Assembly (NCBI GenBank): GCA_046757565.1
Contig: JBHHYN010000005.1
Coordinates: 1-59,810, forward strand
Reading direction: 5' to 3'
Length of the DNA: 59,810 bases
Origin: Gammaproteobacteria bacterium
GTDB lineage: Bacteria; Pseudomonadota; Gammaproteobacteria; Eutrophobiales; Eutrophobiaceae
Each line of letters opens with the position of its first letter. Position 1 is the first letter of the stretch. Positions 43,621 to 54,769 of the stretch are shown here, in pieces. The translations under genes were made by a program, and so were the position numbers. The notes below the pieces were generated by a model that was given only the letters and a program-made list of their open reading frames with translations, was not told the origin of the DNA and made no database searches.

Positions 43621-44103
43621 GATGGGAGCCGGCCTGTAAGCCGGGTTCTGTCGTGGATAATCATTCATCTGGGAGATACGTCACCGTATCTCTCATGCGA
43701 CCTACCCGGATCCGGTGCGGGCCACACCAATGGACCCCTATTTGGTCTTGCTCCGGGTGGGGTTTACCCTGCCACCAGTGTTACCACCGGCGCGGTGTGC
43801 TCTTACCACACCATTTCACCCTTACCCCCCCACTAACCCTTCCCGTTTTGATGATAATTCATAGATCACACTCTCGAATTACCAAGGCCAAACCTCAAAC
43901 GGGATGGGTTAGTGGGGGGGCGGTATATTTTCTGTGGCACTTTCCGTCGGCTCACGCCGCCCAGACGCTATCTGGCACCCTGCCCCGTGGAGCCCGGACT
44001 TTCCTCTCCCGAAAATGGGGTCGGAGTCAGTTTCACGCTCAGGCTTACAGGGAAATTGACTCCGGCCCCATTTTCAACAGCGATTATCCGGCCGACTCCC
44101 ATC
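43621..44103 (-). ncRNA. rnpB: RNase P RNA, bacterial type A, with extended P3 and P12
   Basis: Minus strand has GAGGAAAGTCCGGGCTCC, AGTGCCACAGAAAA, GGGTGAAA..GTG.GGTAAGAGC, GGTAAACCCCAC..GGAGCAAG, ACAGAACCCGGCTTA; P1 ends pair; located between rsmI and mraZ. Confidence 0.97.
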
Positions 44104-44188
44104 TCTAAGTAAAATGCAAAAAATGGAAAGAAACAAGTAAAATTTATGCAAGCCTTGATTAATTCATCCCTGAATAATCAGGGTTTCC

Positions 44189-45037
44189 TTATGTTTCATC
44201 TCGTAAGGTTAAGGCAATTTTGTAAAGGTCATTTTTCCTGGCGCCGCTGAAATCCGCTGCAATGGCCACGGCCTCTTTTACGGGCAGTGAATGCCCCAAT
44301 AAAAGACGAAGCAGACGGACAGATTGCAGCGCCTCCGGTGTCTCAACCGCTGCCCCATGTATTACTATGACAAATTCCCCTTTTTGAGGAATTTCATTCC
44401 CGGCCAGTTTTGCTGACAAATTCGCTAACGTATCTTTATGAATAGACTCATATTTTTTTGTCAACTCGCGGGCCAAGGTGGCAACCCTCCCGGCCCCAAA
44501 AGCGTCAACCGCATCGTTGAAAAAATAAAGAATCCGCTGCGGCGCCTCATAGAAGATCATCGTTCTGATTTCTGTGGTGCAGTTTGCCAGATATTTTTTC
44601 CTTGCCATCGGTTTCTCCGGTGCAAAGCCCTCAAATACAAATCTGTCCGTCGGTAGTCCGGCAACTGACAGGGCGCTGACCAGCGCACTTGGCCCTGGTA
44701 TGGGGACGATCCGAATCCCCTGCTCCTGTCCCGTCTTGACAAGTTGATAGCCCGGATCGCAAATTAACGGCGTCCCGGCATCGGATATCAGGGCAAGGTT
44801 TTCCCCCTTTATCAGCCGTTCGAGTAAAACCGGTGACGATTTACGCTCATTAAAATCATGATATGACTTCATAGGCGTCACAATACCGAGGTGATTCAAC
44901 AGTTTTCTGCTACGGCGTGTATCCTCCGCCAGGATTAGATCGACTTCGTCAAGGATACGACAGGCCCTGCTGCTAATATCGTCGAGATTTCCTATAGGAG
45001 TTGCCACCACATACAATATCCCCGTTTTATTTGACAC
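44189..45037 (-). CDS. rsmI: 16S rRNA C1402 2'-O-methyltransferase
   Basis: LYVVATPIGNL.D, AEDTR, SDAGTP.I.DPG, PGPSA, RELTK. Confidence 0.96.
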   Translation of the reverse strand: MSNKTGILYVVATPIGNLDDISSRACRILDEVDLILAEDTRRSRKLLNHLGIVTPMKSYHDFNERKSSPVLLERLIKGENLALISDAGTPLICDPGYQLVKTGQEQGIRIVPIPGPSALVSALSVAGLPTDRFVFEGFAPEKPMARKKYLANCTTEIRTMIFYEAPQRILYFFNDAVDAFGAGRVATLARELTKKYESIHKDTLANLSAKLAGNEIPQKGEFVIVIHGAAVETPEALQSVRLLRLLLGHSLPVKEAVAIAADFSGARKNDLYKIALTLRDET

Positions 45038-45066
45038 ATCAAACTCCGCTTGGTTAGTCTGGCCCG

Positions 45067-46964
45067 ATGGACCACATCAGCAATCAAATTAACCCTGTAC
45101 GAATATTTTGCAATTTTTTAGTTGCCCTGTTCATTATCCAGGGCTGCGCCTCGCAGGGTGGAAAACCCGCTATCACATCCATTGACCTGGAAAACCAGGC
45201 AGCACAAATGCTGGCAGAGAGAGATTATCTGCATGCCGGAGAACAGTACTTACACCTTGCCCAATTGTATCCGAAAAAAACCGTCTTCTACCAATTCCAA
45301 GCCGCCGCTGCCTATATCGAAGCCGGTGATGCCGATACAGCCATTACACTAATAAGTGCTACCGATAACAAATCCCTGAACAAAACGGAGATTTTTCAAA
45401 AAACCGTTCTATTGGCCGAAATCGCCCTCGCAAAGAACGATCAGGGCAGGGCGCTGTTACTGTTAAGTGAAACACCTCCGGCTGAAGCACCGGATAGGCT
45501 GCTTGCCTCATATCTTCGATCCAGGGCCCGCGCCTATGAACTGCAAAACAATCTGATTGATGCGGCGCGAGAACGTATTGCCCTTGCGGGCTATCTGCAT
45601 GACCCCCCCAACAAACAGGCTAACTATAACCATATATGGTCCGATCTTAATCAGATCAGCCTGCCGCTACTGAAGCAGTTCCGGACAACCGCATCTCATG
45701 AGCTGGCCAGCTGGGTAGAGTTGGCAATTATCAAACAGTCATCGCTGTTCAATCATGATTTATTAGAGCAGGAGTTGACAATCTGGACCCGGCATTATCC
45801 GGACCACCCTGCTATTCCCGTCATTACACAGAACATTCTGCTATTGGGTAAGCAGTATGATATCCATCCCCGGCACATCGCCCTGTGTTTACCTGCAAAC
45901 GGCCCCTATAAAAAGGTCTCGCAGGCTATCCGGGACGGTTTTCTTTCTGCCTGGTATGCTTCTAAAGAGTTCAAGCCAACCATCAGTATCTACAACGCCA
46001 ATGCCCTGAATATCCTTGATGTCTATCAAACAGCGGTTACAGACGGGGCGGATTTTATTGTAGGGCCACTTGAGAAACAGGCAATCGCCAGGTTGCTGGA
46101 TTCAGGCAGCGTGACAACCAGAACACTTGCGCTCAATCGCTATGATCATCCAGGAGAGGAATATAGCTCACAGACACCACAAACGCCGGTCCCGGCCCTG
46201 ATCCAGTTCGGCCTGTCGCCGGAAGACGAGGCCCGGCAAGCCGCTGAACAGGCTGCAGCCGATGGTCACATAAGGGCGCTGGTGATCACACCGGATAATG
46301 ACTGGGGACAAAGGCTCAGCACCGCATTCCGTAATCAATGGCAGGGCGCCGGAGGCAAGATTATTGAACAGGTCAACTATAGACCGGGAACAAAGGACTA
46401 TGCCACACCAGTCAAGATGTTACTTAATATCGACACTAGCGAATATCGGGCAAAGCTGCTTCGCCAAAGGCTTAACAGAAGGTTGAAAAGCGAACCCCGT
46501 CTACGCCGGGATGCGGACATGATTTTTATGGGGGCAATCCCTGTCGCCGCACGCCAGATCGTCCCCCAATTCCGCTTCTATCAGGCCGATAATATTCCAG
46601 TCTATTCAACATCCTATATTTTTACCGGGCATACCGATCCCCAATTAGACAATGATATGAACGGAGTATTGTTTACTGACATTCCCTGGCTACTGGAACC
46701 GGCCCAGGAAGAATCAACAATACAGCAATCTATTAACAGAAACTGGTCAGCTGATAGTTCAGGTTACAGGCGCCTCTATGCCCTGGGAGTTGACGCTTAC
46801 CGGATCATCCCGCATATTGGCCGTTTGGCGCTGCAAAGAAATGCTACTTATCAAGGTGAAACAGGCGATCTAACCATGACGGGAGATGGCATTATTCAAA
46901 GAAAACTGTTGTGGGCGAAATTCATCCGTGGCAAACCACAAATCCTGGACAGGGAAACCGGGTA

Positions 46965-46968
<4 letters not shown>
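45067..46968 (+). CDS. lpoA: Penicillin-binding protein activator LpoA
   Basis: Lipobox IQGC, TPR-like N-terminus, AIRDGF, IVGPL.K, FGLSPEDEA, RLYALGVDAY; divergent from rsmI. Confidence 0.9.
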
Positions 46969-47965
<997 letters not shown>

Positions 47966-47971
47966 TGTCAC

Positions 47972-48553
47972 ATGTCTAGAAAATATTTTCGCGTCTACTC
48001 GATACTTGGCGTATTACTGGTACTTCAGGCCTGTGCGGCAGCAGTGGTAACAGGAGGTGCGGCATCCACTGCCTCCGTAGCAAATGACAGGCGTACAGCG
48101 GGAACGGTTATTGAAGATCAGGCCATTGAATTAAAAGCCGGTCAGGCGTTTCATAACGACAAGGATATTTTTAAACAGGCCCATTGGAATGTCACCAGTT
48201 ATAATACGATCGTACTGGTGACCGGCGAGGCCCCTGATGAAGAATTGCGCCAGCGCATGATTGATATCGTCCGCAATATCCCCAAGGTGACACATGTTTA
48301 TAATGAAATTACCATTGCCGCGCCCAGTTCACTCATGTCCCGCAGCAGTGACACGCTTATCACAGCAAAGGTAAAATCGAAACTTCTGTCTAATGAAAAT
48401 ACAGAAGGATTACGCATAAAAGTCGTAACGGAAAATGGGACTGTCTACTTAATGGGAATATTGTATAAAAAGGAAGCTGAACTGGCTACGGATATCACCC
48501 GAAAAACCGGTGGAGTACAGAAAGTCGTGAAACTTTTTCAATACCTGGATTAA
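47972..48553 (+). CDS. dolP: Dual-BON-domain lipoprotein DolP/YraP
   Basis: Lipobox LQAC, DRRTAG..IEDQ.IE, VTENG.VYLMG, GVQKVV. Confidence 0.9.
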   Translation: MSRKYFRVYSILGVLLVLQACAAAVVTGGAASTASVANDRRTAGTVIEDQAIELKAGQAFHNDKDIFKQAHWNVTSYNTIVLVTGEAPDEELRQRMIDIVRNIPKVTHVYNEITIAAPSSLMSRSSDTLITAKVKSKLLSNENTEGLRIKVVTENGTVYLMGILYKKEAELATDITRKTGGVQKVVKLFQYLD

Positions 48554-49050
48554 CCTGCATATTGCCTGAGTTGTCGTTCATAAATCCTGACATCTTCGGG
48601 GCCAAAACAACAGGCATAGATTTCCTTCATCTCCCCTTCGAAATCCTGCATAACGGAGAGTGCAATCCCGGCGGCCGCTTCTTTTGGATAACCGTACACA
48701 CCTGTGCTGATCCCAGGAAAGGCAATCGATTCAATTTCATTATTGATCGCCAGTTTAAAACAGTTTCGGTAACAACTTTGCAAAAGAACAGGTTCCCCCT
48801 GATCCCCTCCCCGCCAAACCGGTCCCACCGTATGGATAATCCATTTGGCAGGTAAATTAAATCCCGGAGACAATTTTGCCTGTCCTGTCTTACAACCACC
48901 AAGACTACGATTAAATTTGAGTAATTCAGGACCTGCACCACGGTGAATGGCGCCATCGACACCGCCACCTCCCAACAATGATTCGTTTGCGGCATTCACC
49001 ACAGCATCAATATCAAGAGTGGTAATATCAGCTTGAATTACTTTGACCAT
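48550..49050 (-). CDS. Macrodomain O-acetyl-ADP-ribose deacetylase, YmdB-like
   Basis: 166 aa from ATG 49050; DIT, VNAAN..LLGGGGVDGAIH, IHTVGPVW, FP.ISTGVYGYP. Confidence 0.93.
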   Translation of the reverse strand: MVKVIQADITTLDIDAVVNAANESLLGGGGVDGAIHRGAGPELLKFNRSLGGCKTGQAKLSPGFNLPAKWIIHTVGPVWRGGDQGEPVLLQSCYRNCFKLAINNEIESIAFPGISTGVYGYPKEAAAGIALSVMQDFEGEMKEIYACCFGPEDVRIYERQLRQYAG

Positions 49051-49126
49051 CCGATAAGCCCGGAAAATGATGTCATACACCGGGGATTCGAAGCATCCAG
49101 AAACATATACGCTCAGGAACAGGTTA

Positions 49127-49753
49127 TCAAAAACGCATTTCCCGCTCCCGCTCTGACAGGCTCGCCTGGAAGGCATCCCGTGCAAACAGCCTTTCCGCAT
49201 AATCATTAACGGCCTTTGCGGATGCGGGGAGTTTGATTCCGTAGTGATCCATACGCCACAATAGTGGCGCCATGCAGCAATCAACAAGAGAATAATCATC
49301 CGACATAAAGAAAGGCTTCTGTGTAATAGCCGTGGCAATAGCCGTTAAATGATCACGCATCTCCTTTCTGGCATTTGCCGCAGCGATTTCATTTTTACTG
49401 TCCAGATCATCGACAAGCGAATACAGATCGCTCATTACCCGGTAACGCAGCTGCCGGTTATTGGCCCTCGAAACAGGATCCACCGGCATCAAGGGTGGAT
49501 GCGGGAAACGCTCATCAAGATATTCCATGATGATCTGCTGTTCATAAACAATCAACTCACGATCAATCAGCGTCAGAACGGAATTATAGGGATTTAAATC
49601 AGCCAGCACCTCAGGGTGTTCATCACCTTCCACAAAGTTAATCTCCACATTGATATCCTTTTCCGCCAGCACAATCCTGACACTATGCCCGATCGGGCCC
49701 GTGGTATCTGAATACAACAGCATGACTGAACGTCTATTGGCTACACTCGCCAT
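49127..49753 (-). CDS. sspA: Stringent starvation protein A
   Basis: H.VRIVLAEK, LNPY, IMEYLDERFPHPPLMPVDPV.RA; downstream of petC. Confidence 0.94.
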   Translation of the reverse strand: MASVANRRSVMLLYSDTTGPIGHSVRIVLAEKDINVEINFVEGDEHPEVLADLNPYNSVLTLIDRELIVYEQQIIMEYLDERFPHPPLMPVDPVSRANNRQLRYRVMSDLYSLVDDLDSKNEIAAANARKEMRDHLTAIATAITQKPFFMSDDYSLVDCCMAPLLWRMDHYGIKLPASAKAVNDYAERLFARDAFQASLSEREREMRF

Positions 49754-49825
49754 CCAACCCTCCTATGATATATCGATATTGGCTTAAGATTTTATGTGGA
49801 AAAATCAGGAGTTACTGTGCACAGT

Positions 49826-50566
49826 TCAGTGGATATCCTTCCAGTACTCCTTTTTCAGGAGATAAGCAATGACCAGGAAAACCAGAAGGTAAATAATTAC
49901 CCAGGAACCTATTGTATAGCGTTTAAGTTTTATCGGCTCACCGAGGTAGACCAGAAAATTGACAAGGTCTCCCACCGTTTTGGCATATTCCTTTGTCTTC
50001 TGCTCATCCGGGCGTACCGGCTCCAGGTGATCGATCTCCTTAATACTACTGCCATCTGTGCCTGATCCTTCCCGGTAAACCGGCTTTTGCCAACCCTGCA
50101 ACTCCCACAAAACATGGGGCATGGCGATATCCTTGAAAACCAGGTTATTTACCCCGAGGGGACGCTTGTCATCCAGATAAAAGCTCATTAAATACGTATA
50201 TAACCAGTCCGCGCCCCGGGAACGTGAGATAACGGAAAGATCCGGCGGCGCTACGCCAAAATATTGCTTGGCGTCATCTTTGCTCATGTTGACTGTCATC
50301 GTATCACCGCTCTTGTCCGTTCCGAACATAAGATTCGCCTTCAATATCTGTTCGTCGATCCCCAAATCCTTGCCCAGCCGATTGAAACGCATATAGGCGG
50401 CAGAGTGGCAACTTAAACAATAATTAACAAATGTCCTGGCCCCGCGTTGCAAGGAGCCCTGATCGGACAGATTTACCTTGGCATGCAACAACCCATGCCC
50501 TGTCTCAGCACCCGCTAATGAGGCACTGGTTAGGAAAACAAACAAAATCAGGAAGAGACGCATCAT
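49826..50566 (-). CDS. petC: Cytochrome c1
   Basis: SLQRGA..FVNYCLSCH heme motif, PPDLS, MPHVL, C-terminal TM ending KEYWKDIH. Confidence 0.95.
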   Translation of the reverse strand: MMRLFLILFVFLTSASLAGAETGHGLLHAKVNLSDQGSLQRGARTFVNYCLSCHSAAYMRFNRLGKDLGIDEQILKANLMFGTDKSGDTMTVNMSKDDAKQYFGVAPPDLSVISRSRGADWLYTYLMSFYLDDKRPLGVNNLVFKDIAMPHVLWELQGWQKPVYREGSGTDGSSIKEIDHLEPVRPDEQKTKEYAKTVGDLVNFLVYLGEPIKLKRYTIGSWVIIYLLVFLVIAYLLKKEYWKDIH

Positions 50567-51801
50567 GGACCGCTGATCCTTTCCGGAACAGTTTTATCAT
50601 TGTCCCTGCTGGTGTAAATCGGCATAAGCAAAAAGAAGAGAAAATAGATAACCGCAAAAAAACGGGCCATTACCGTATAGAGAGGTGCCGGCACCTGCAT
50701 ACCTAGCCAGCCTAATGAGAGGAAACTGATGGTGAAAGCGGCCAAGGCAAACCTATACTTCCAGCCACGATAACGGATGGACTTGACCGGACTGCGATCG
50801 ATCCACGGCAGCAGAAAGAACAGACATACCGCCAAAGCCATGGCAATGACCCCGCCAAGTTTGTCGGGAATGGCCCGGAGAATGGCGTAAAACGGGGTAA
50901 AATACCAGACTGGGGCGATATGCTCCGGGGTCTTGAGCTGATCGGCCGGGACGAAGTTTGCCGGTTCCAGAAAATAGCCTCCCATCTCCGGTACAAAAAA
51001 CACGACCCCCACAAAAAGGATGAGAAACACAACCGCGCCAAAGATATCCTTGACGGTGTAATAGGGATGAAACGGTATACCGTCAAGAGGAATACCATTG
51101 GCATCCTTTGTCTTTTTGATTTCGACTCCATCCGGGTTATTGGAACCGACTTCATGCAGGGCGAGTATATGCGCAACGACGAGTGCACAAAGTATGAGTG
51201 GAAAGGCAACGACATGAAAGGCAAAGAAGCGATTAAGCGTGACATCTGACACGACGAAATCACCCCGGATCCACAGAGCCAGTTGATCACCGATAACCGG
51301 TATTGCACCAAACAGCGAAATAATCACCTGCGCCCCCCAGTATGACATCTGTCCCCAGGGCAGGAGATAGCCAAAAAATGCTTCGCCCATGAGCGTCAGG
51401 TAAATGAGCATACCCAGGATCCATAACAGTTCCCGTGGTTTTTTATAGGACCCATACAGCAAGCCGCGATACATATGCAGGTACACCGTTATGAAAAACG
51501 CCGACGCGCCGGTGGAATGCATATACCGTATCCACCATCCCCAATCCACATCACGCATGATGTATTCAACAGAGGCAAATGCCATATCCGCCGAGGGTTT
51601 GTAATTCATCGTCAGCCAGATACCGGTGATGATCTGGATCACGAATACCAGGAGTGCCAATGATCCAAAAAAATACCAGAAATTAAAATTCTTGGGAGCG
51701 TAATATCTGGCAAGGTGTTCGTTCCAGTTTTGCATGAGCGGGAAACGGGCATCGATCCAGTCCCGGAACCCGTAAAGGTATTTAATGACTGTATCCATCA
51801 A
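50563..51801 (-). CDS. petB: Cytochrome b
   Basis: NFWY.FGSL, RYMHSTGAS, PWGQMSYWG, PVWY (PEWY-equivalent). Confidence 0.97.
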   Translation of the reverse strand: MMDTVIKYLYGFRDWIDARFPLMQNWNEHLARYYAPKNFNFWYFFGSLALLVFVIQIITGIWLTMNYKPSADMAFASVEYIMRDVDWGWWIRYMHSTGASAFFITVYLHMYRGLLYGSYKKPRELLWILGMLIYLTLMGEAFFGYLLPWGQMSYWGAQVIISLFGAIPVIGDQLALWIRGDFVVSDVTLNRFFAFHVVAFPLILCALVVAHILALHEVGSNNPDGVEIKKTKDANGIPLDGIPFHPYYTVKDIFGAVVFLILFVGVVFFVPEMGGYFLEPANFVPADQLKTPEHIAPVWYFTPFYAILRAIPDKLGGVIAMALAVCLFFLLPWIDRSPVKSIRYRGWKYRFALAAFTISFLSLGWLGMQVPAPLYTVMARFFAVIYFLFFLLMPIYTSRDNDKTVPERISGP

Positions 51802-52391
51802 CCGCTCCCCGAATCAGCACCAATAAGGATGTGCGTATCACTCAGATATTGGTAAGGCGGCACCAACAGGTTGAGGGGCGCAGGCACACCTTTAAAGACA
51901 CGGCCTGCCAGATCGAAACGGCTGCCGTGACAGGGACAGAAAAACCCTCCCTTCCAATCGGCGCCCAGATCGCTTTCCGCACCTGCGGGCACATAAGAGG
52001 GAGAACACCCCAAATGGGTACACAATCCGATCACAATCAAATATTCGGGTTTTATCGAGCGATATTCATTTTGCGCATAACCCGGTTGTTGTCCCTCTTT
52101 CGAATCCGGATCGCGTACCTGCGTGTCAAGCTCCGTCAGATTCTCAAGCGACTGCTTCCCCCGGCGCAGGATCCAGACCGGTTTGCCCTGCCATTGCACA
52201 ATTTTCAATTCGCCGGTCTTAATATCGCCAATCTCCACCTCTACGGGTGCGCCAATGGCCCTGGCTCTGGCGCTGGGAGTCATCGTGGAAATAAAAGGAA
52301 CTGCGGTAGCCACTGCACCCGCACCACCGACCACGGTTGCAGTTGTGGTAAGAAAACGCCGGCGGCCTTTATCAATGCCATCATTACTCAT
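51798..52391 (-). CDS. petA: Rieske iron-sulfur subunit
   Basis: Tat signal RRRFL, CTHLGC, CPCHGS; start MSNDG. Confidence 0.96.
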   Translation of the reverse strand: MSNDGIDKGRRRFLTTTATVVGGAGAVATAVPFISTMTPSARARAIGAPVEVEIGDIKTGELKIVQWQGKPVWILRRGKQSLENLTELDTQVRDPDSKEGQQPGYAQNEYRSIKPEYLIVIGLCTHLGCSPSYVPAGAESDLGADWKGGFFCPCHGSRFDLAGRVFKGVPAPLNLLVPPYQYLSDTHILIGADSGSG

Positions 52392-52500
52392 TGTTACAAA
52401 TCCCCAAATGGATTGATATTCGTTCAAAACTGGATCGGATTATAGCATGGATCGGGTAAACTGTTGCCTTGAAAACACAAGAATAAACTGTATTCCGTCT

Positions 52501-53655
52501 ATGAAGCGTGTACGTGTCAAACAAGCCATCTTGTTTCTAATTCGGTCCGCCGTGGCGGGTCTGGCAATGGCTTTCGTCCTTCTATACTACTTCCCCGGGC
52601 TCATTCCCGGTTCCTACAGGCAGGATTTCGCCCTGCATAACAATTCCGCCCCAGGCCATAACGGCAACGGCGTAGTGAGTTATAACCAGGCTGTTGCCGT
52701 GTCTGCTCCTGCTGTTGTCAATGTGTATGCCACCAAGGTGTTGAAACGAAGGACCCACCCGCTGTTGCGGGATCCTCTCCTGCGCCGTTTTTTTGGTGAC
52801 CGGTATTCCGTGGAGCAACGTAACAGCAATCTGGGCACCGGTGTGATCATGGACATGGTTGGTCATATCATCACCAACGCGCACGTGATAAAGGGGGCAG
52901 ATGAGATCCTGATAACACTTGCCGATGGCCGTCAAACCGTGGCGGCAGTTACCGGTGTCGATATGGCAACAGATCTGGCCGTACTGCACATAGAACTGGA
53001 CAATCTTCCATCCATTACGCTTGGCGACTCGAACGATCTGCAGGTCGGCGACGTAGTTCTGGCTATTGGCAATCCCTACGATTTTGGACAAACGGTCACT
53101 CAGGGGATTGTCAGCGCCACCGGACGCAGCCATCTCGGGATTACGACATTCGAGGATTTCATCCAGACTGATGCTGATATCAATCCGGGTAATTCCGGTG
53201 GCGCACTCATCACCGCAACGGGACGGCTCATCGGCATCAATACTGCCATCGGCACCAGCGGATCACAGGGAATCGGTTTTGCCATTCCCGTCAATCTTGC
53301 TGTTAATGTCATGCAGGCGCTTATCAGTAACGGCCGCGTGATCCGAGGATGGCTGGGGATAGAAGCGCAAGTACTTTCTCAGGACATCCTGGATACAGCC
53401 GGGCAAAAACAGAATGGCATCATGGTTGCCGCCGTGTTACAGGGGGGGCCTGCCGAAACGGCCGGAATTATGCCTGGAGACATCCTCATCGAGATCAATA
53501 ACGAACCGTTGTTTAATCCACAGCAGGCGATTCAAATGATCGCCCGGTTCCGGCCGGGAACCCGGATCAGGATTGCAGTACTGAGGGGTTGGGAGAAAAT
53601 GCTGCTTTACGCTACTGTTGTGCAGCGGCCCACGAGAGCCGACCTGTCAAGATAA
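52501..53655 (+). CDS. degS: HtrA-family serine protease with one PDZ domain, DegS/AlgW-like
   Basis: TNAHV, DLAVL, QTDA.INPGNSGG, C-terminal PDZ; start approximate. Confidence 0.82.
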   Translation: MKRVRVKQAILFLIRSAVAGLAMAFVLLYYFPGLIPGSYRQDFALHNNSAPGHNGNGVVSYNQAVAVSAPAVVNVYATKVLKRRTHPLLRDPLLRRFFGDRYSVEQRNSNLGTGVIMDMVGHIITNAHVIKGADEILITLADGRQTVAAVTGVDMATDLAVLHIELDNLPSITLGDSNDLQVGDVVLAIGNPYDFGQTVTQGIVSATGRSHLGITTFEDFIQTDADINPGNSGGALITATGRLIGINTAIGTSGSQGIGFAIPVNLAVNVMQALISNGRVIRGWLGIEAQVLSQDILDTAGQKQNGIMVAAVLQGGPAETAGIMPGDILIEINNEPLFNPQQAIQMIARFRPGTRIRIAVLRGWEKMLLYATVVQRPTRADLSR

Positions 53656-54729
53656 AATGTTTTTCAGGTAGTCCAGGCATTGACTGTTCTCGCCGGGCTC
53701 GCCGACAGTTACCCGTAAACAGTTTTTCAATAGCGGATGGCTGTGATGCAGGGTTTTTATCAAAACCCCTTTCCTTCTTAATTCATTGTATACATCATCA
53801 GCTCCAATACTCTCCGTTCTGAACAGAATAAAATTTGCTGCGCTGGGCCAGACTTCGATTCCCTGGATCAAACCCAGTTCCTCATACAGTAACTGCCTGT
53901 CATGACAAATCCGTGCAGCCTGCCGGTCCAGGATGTCCTTATGTTCAAGGATAAATTCACAGCTGTATTGAGTCAGTGTATTAACATTATACGGTAGGCG
54001 TAATTTTTCAAATTCTCTGAGCCAGCATTCAGGGCCCGCCAGAAATCCAAGCCTTAATCCTGCCAGTCCGAGCTTGGATAAAGTACGCATAACGAGGAGA
54101 TTATCGTACTCTCCCAGCTGCGACATAAAACTGGACCCGGAAAATGCCTGGTAGGCTTCATCCAGCACCACTATTCCCGGTGCATTGACGATGATTTCCT
54201 TGACGGCCTTCTCATCGAACAGGTTACCGGTGGGATTATTAGGCCATGCTATAAAGATAACGGCGGGGTGATGGCGCTTGATTGCCTCAAGCATGGCTGC
54301 AGTATTCAGTGAAAAATCCTTTTCATTCAGGGGTACACCAATGAACGTTGCACGAAGCATCCCGGCGATTACGCGGTACATTATAAAACTGGGTTCGGGC
54401 GCCAGTAATACGAAGTTCGGTGCCGCCATAGCCAATGCGATAATCTGAATAATTTCGTCTGACCCGTTTCCCAGCAATAGTCCCTGTTCCGGGGGGATTG
54501 AAAATGCAGCACGAAGTTGCTGCTTCAGGCTTACAGCGTCTGCATTGGGATACCGATTTATAGCCACATTCTCCAGTAACCGTAACCAACCCTTTTTTAC
54601 TTCATCCGGCCAGCGGTAGGGGTTTTCCATGGCATCCAGCTTGATAAGGCCTGTTGCATCCTGTACCTGATAGGAGGACGATTCCAGTATTGAGGGACGG
54701 ATCCAGCGTTTAACTTTTTCTTCTTCCAT
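53647..54729 (-). CDS. hisC: Histidinol-phosphate aminotransferase
   Basis: NRYP, GNGSDE, PNNPTG, DEAY, RTLSK.GLAGLRLG; downstream of hisD. Confidence 0.95.
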   Translation of the reverse strand: MEEEKVKRWIRPSILESSSYQVQDATGLIKLDAMENPYRWPDEVKKGWLRLLENVAINRYPNADAVSLKQQLRAAFSIPPEQGLLLGNGSDEIIQIIALAMAAPNFVLLAPEPSFIMYRVIAGMLRATFIGVPLNEKDFSLNTAAMLEAIKRHHPAVIFIAWPNNPTGNLFDEKAVKEIIVNAPGIVVLDEAYQAFSGSSFMSQLGEYDNLLVMRTLSKLGLAGLRLGFLAGPECWLREFEKLRLPYNVNTLTQYSCEFILEHKDILDRQAARICHDRQLLYEELGLIQGIEVWPSAANFILFRTESIGADDVYNELRRKGVLIKTLHHSHPLLKNCLRVTVGEPGENSQCLDYLKNILS

Positions 54730-54769
54730 GCCCGTTATAGTTTGTCGTTGCCAGGAGAAACCGGAAATG

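Noticed and set aside
43600-44112. Three plus-strand ORFs over rnpB
   Set aside because: Spurious frames across the GC-rich RNase P RNA gene.
49051-49338. 96-aa N-terminal extension on the macrodomain ORF
   Set aside because: Overlaps sspA in another frame; the macrodomain starts at ATG 49050.
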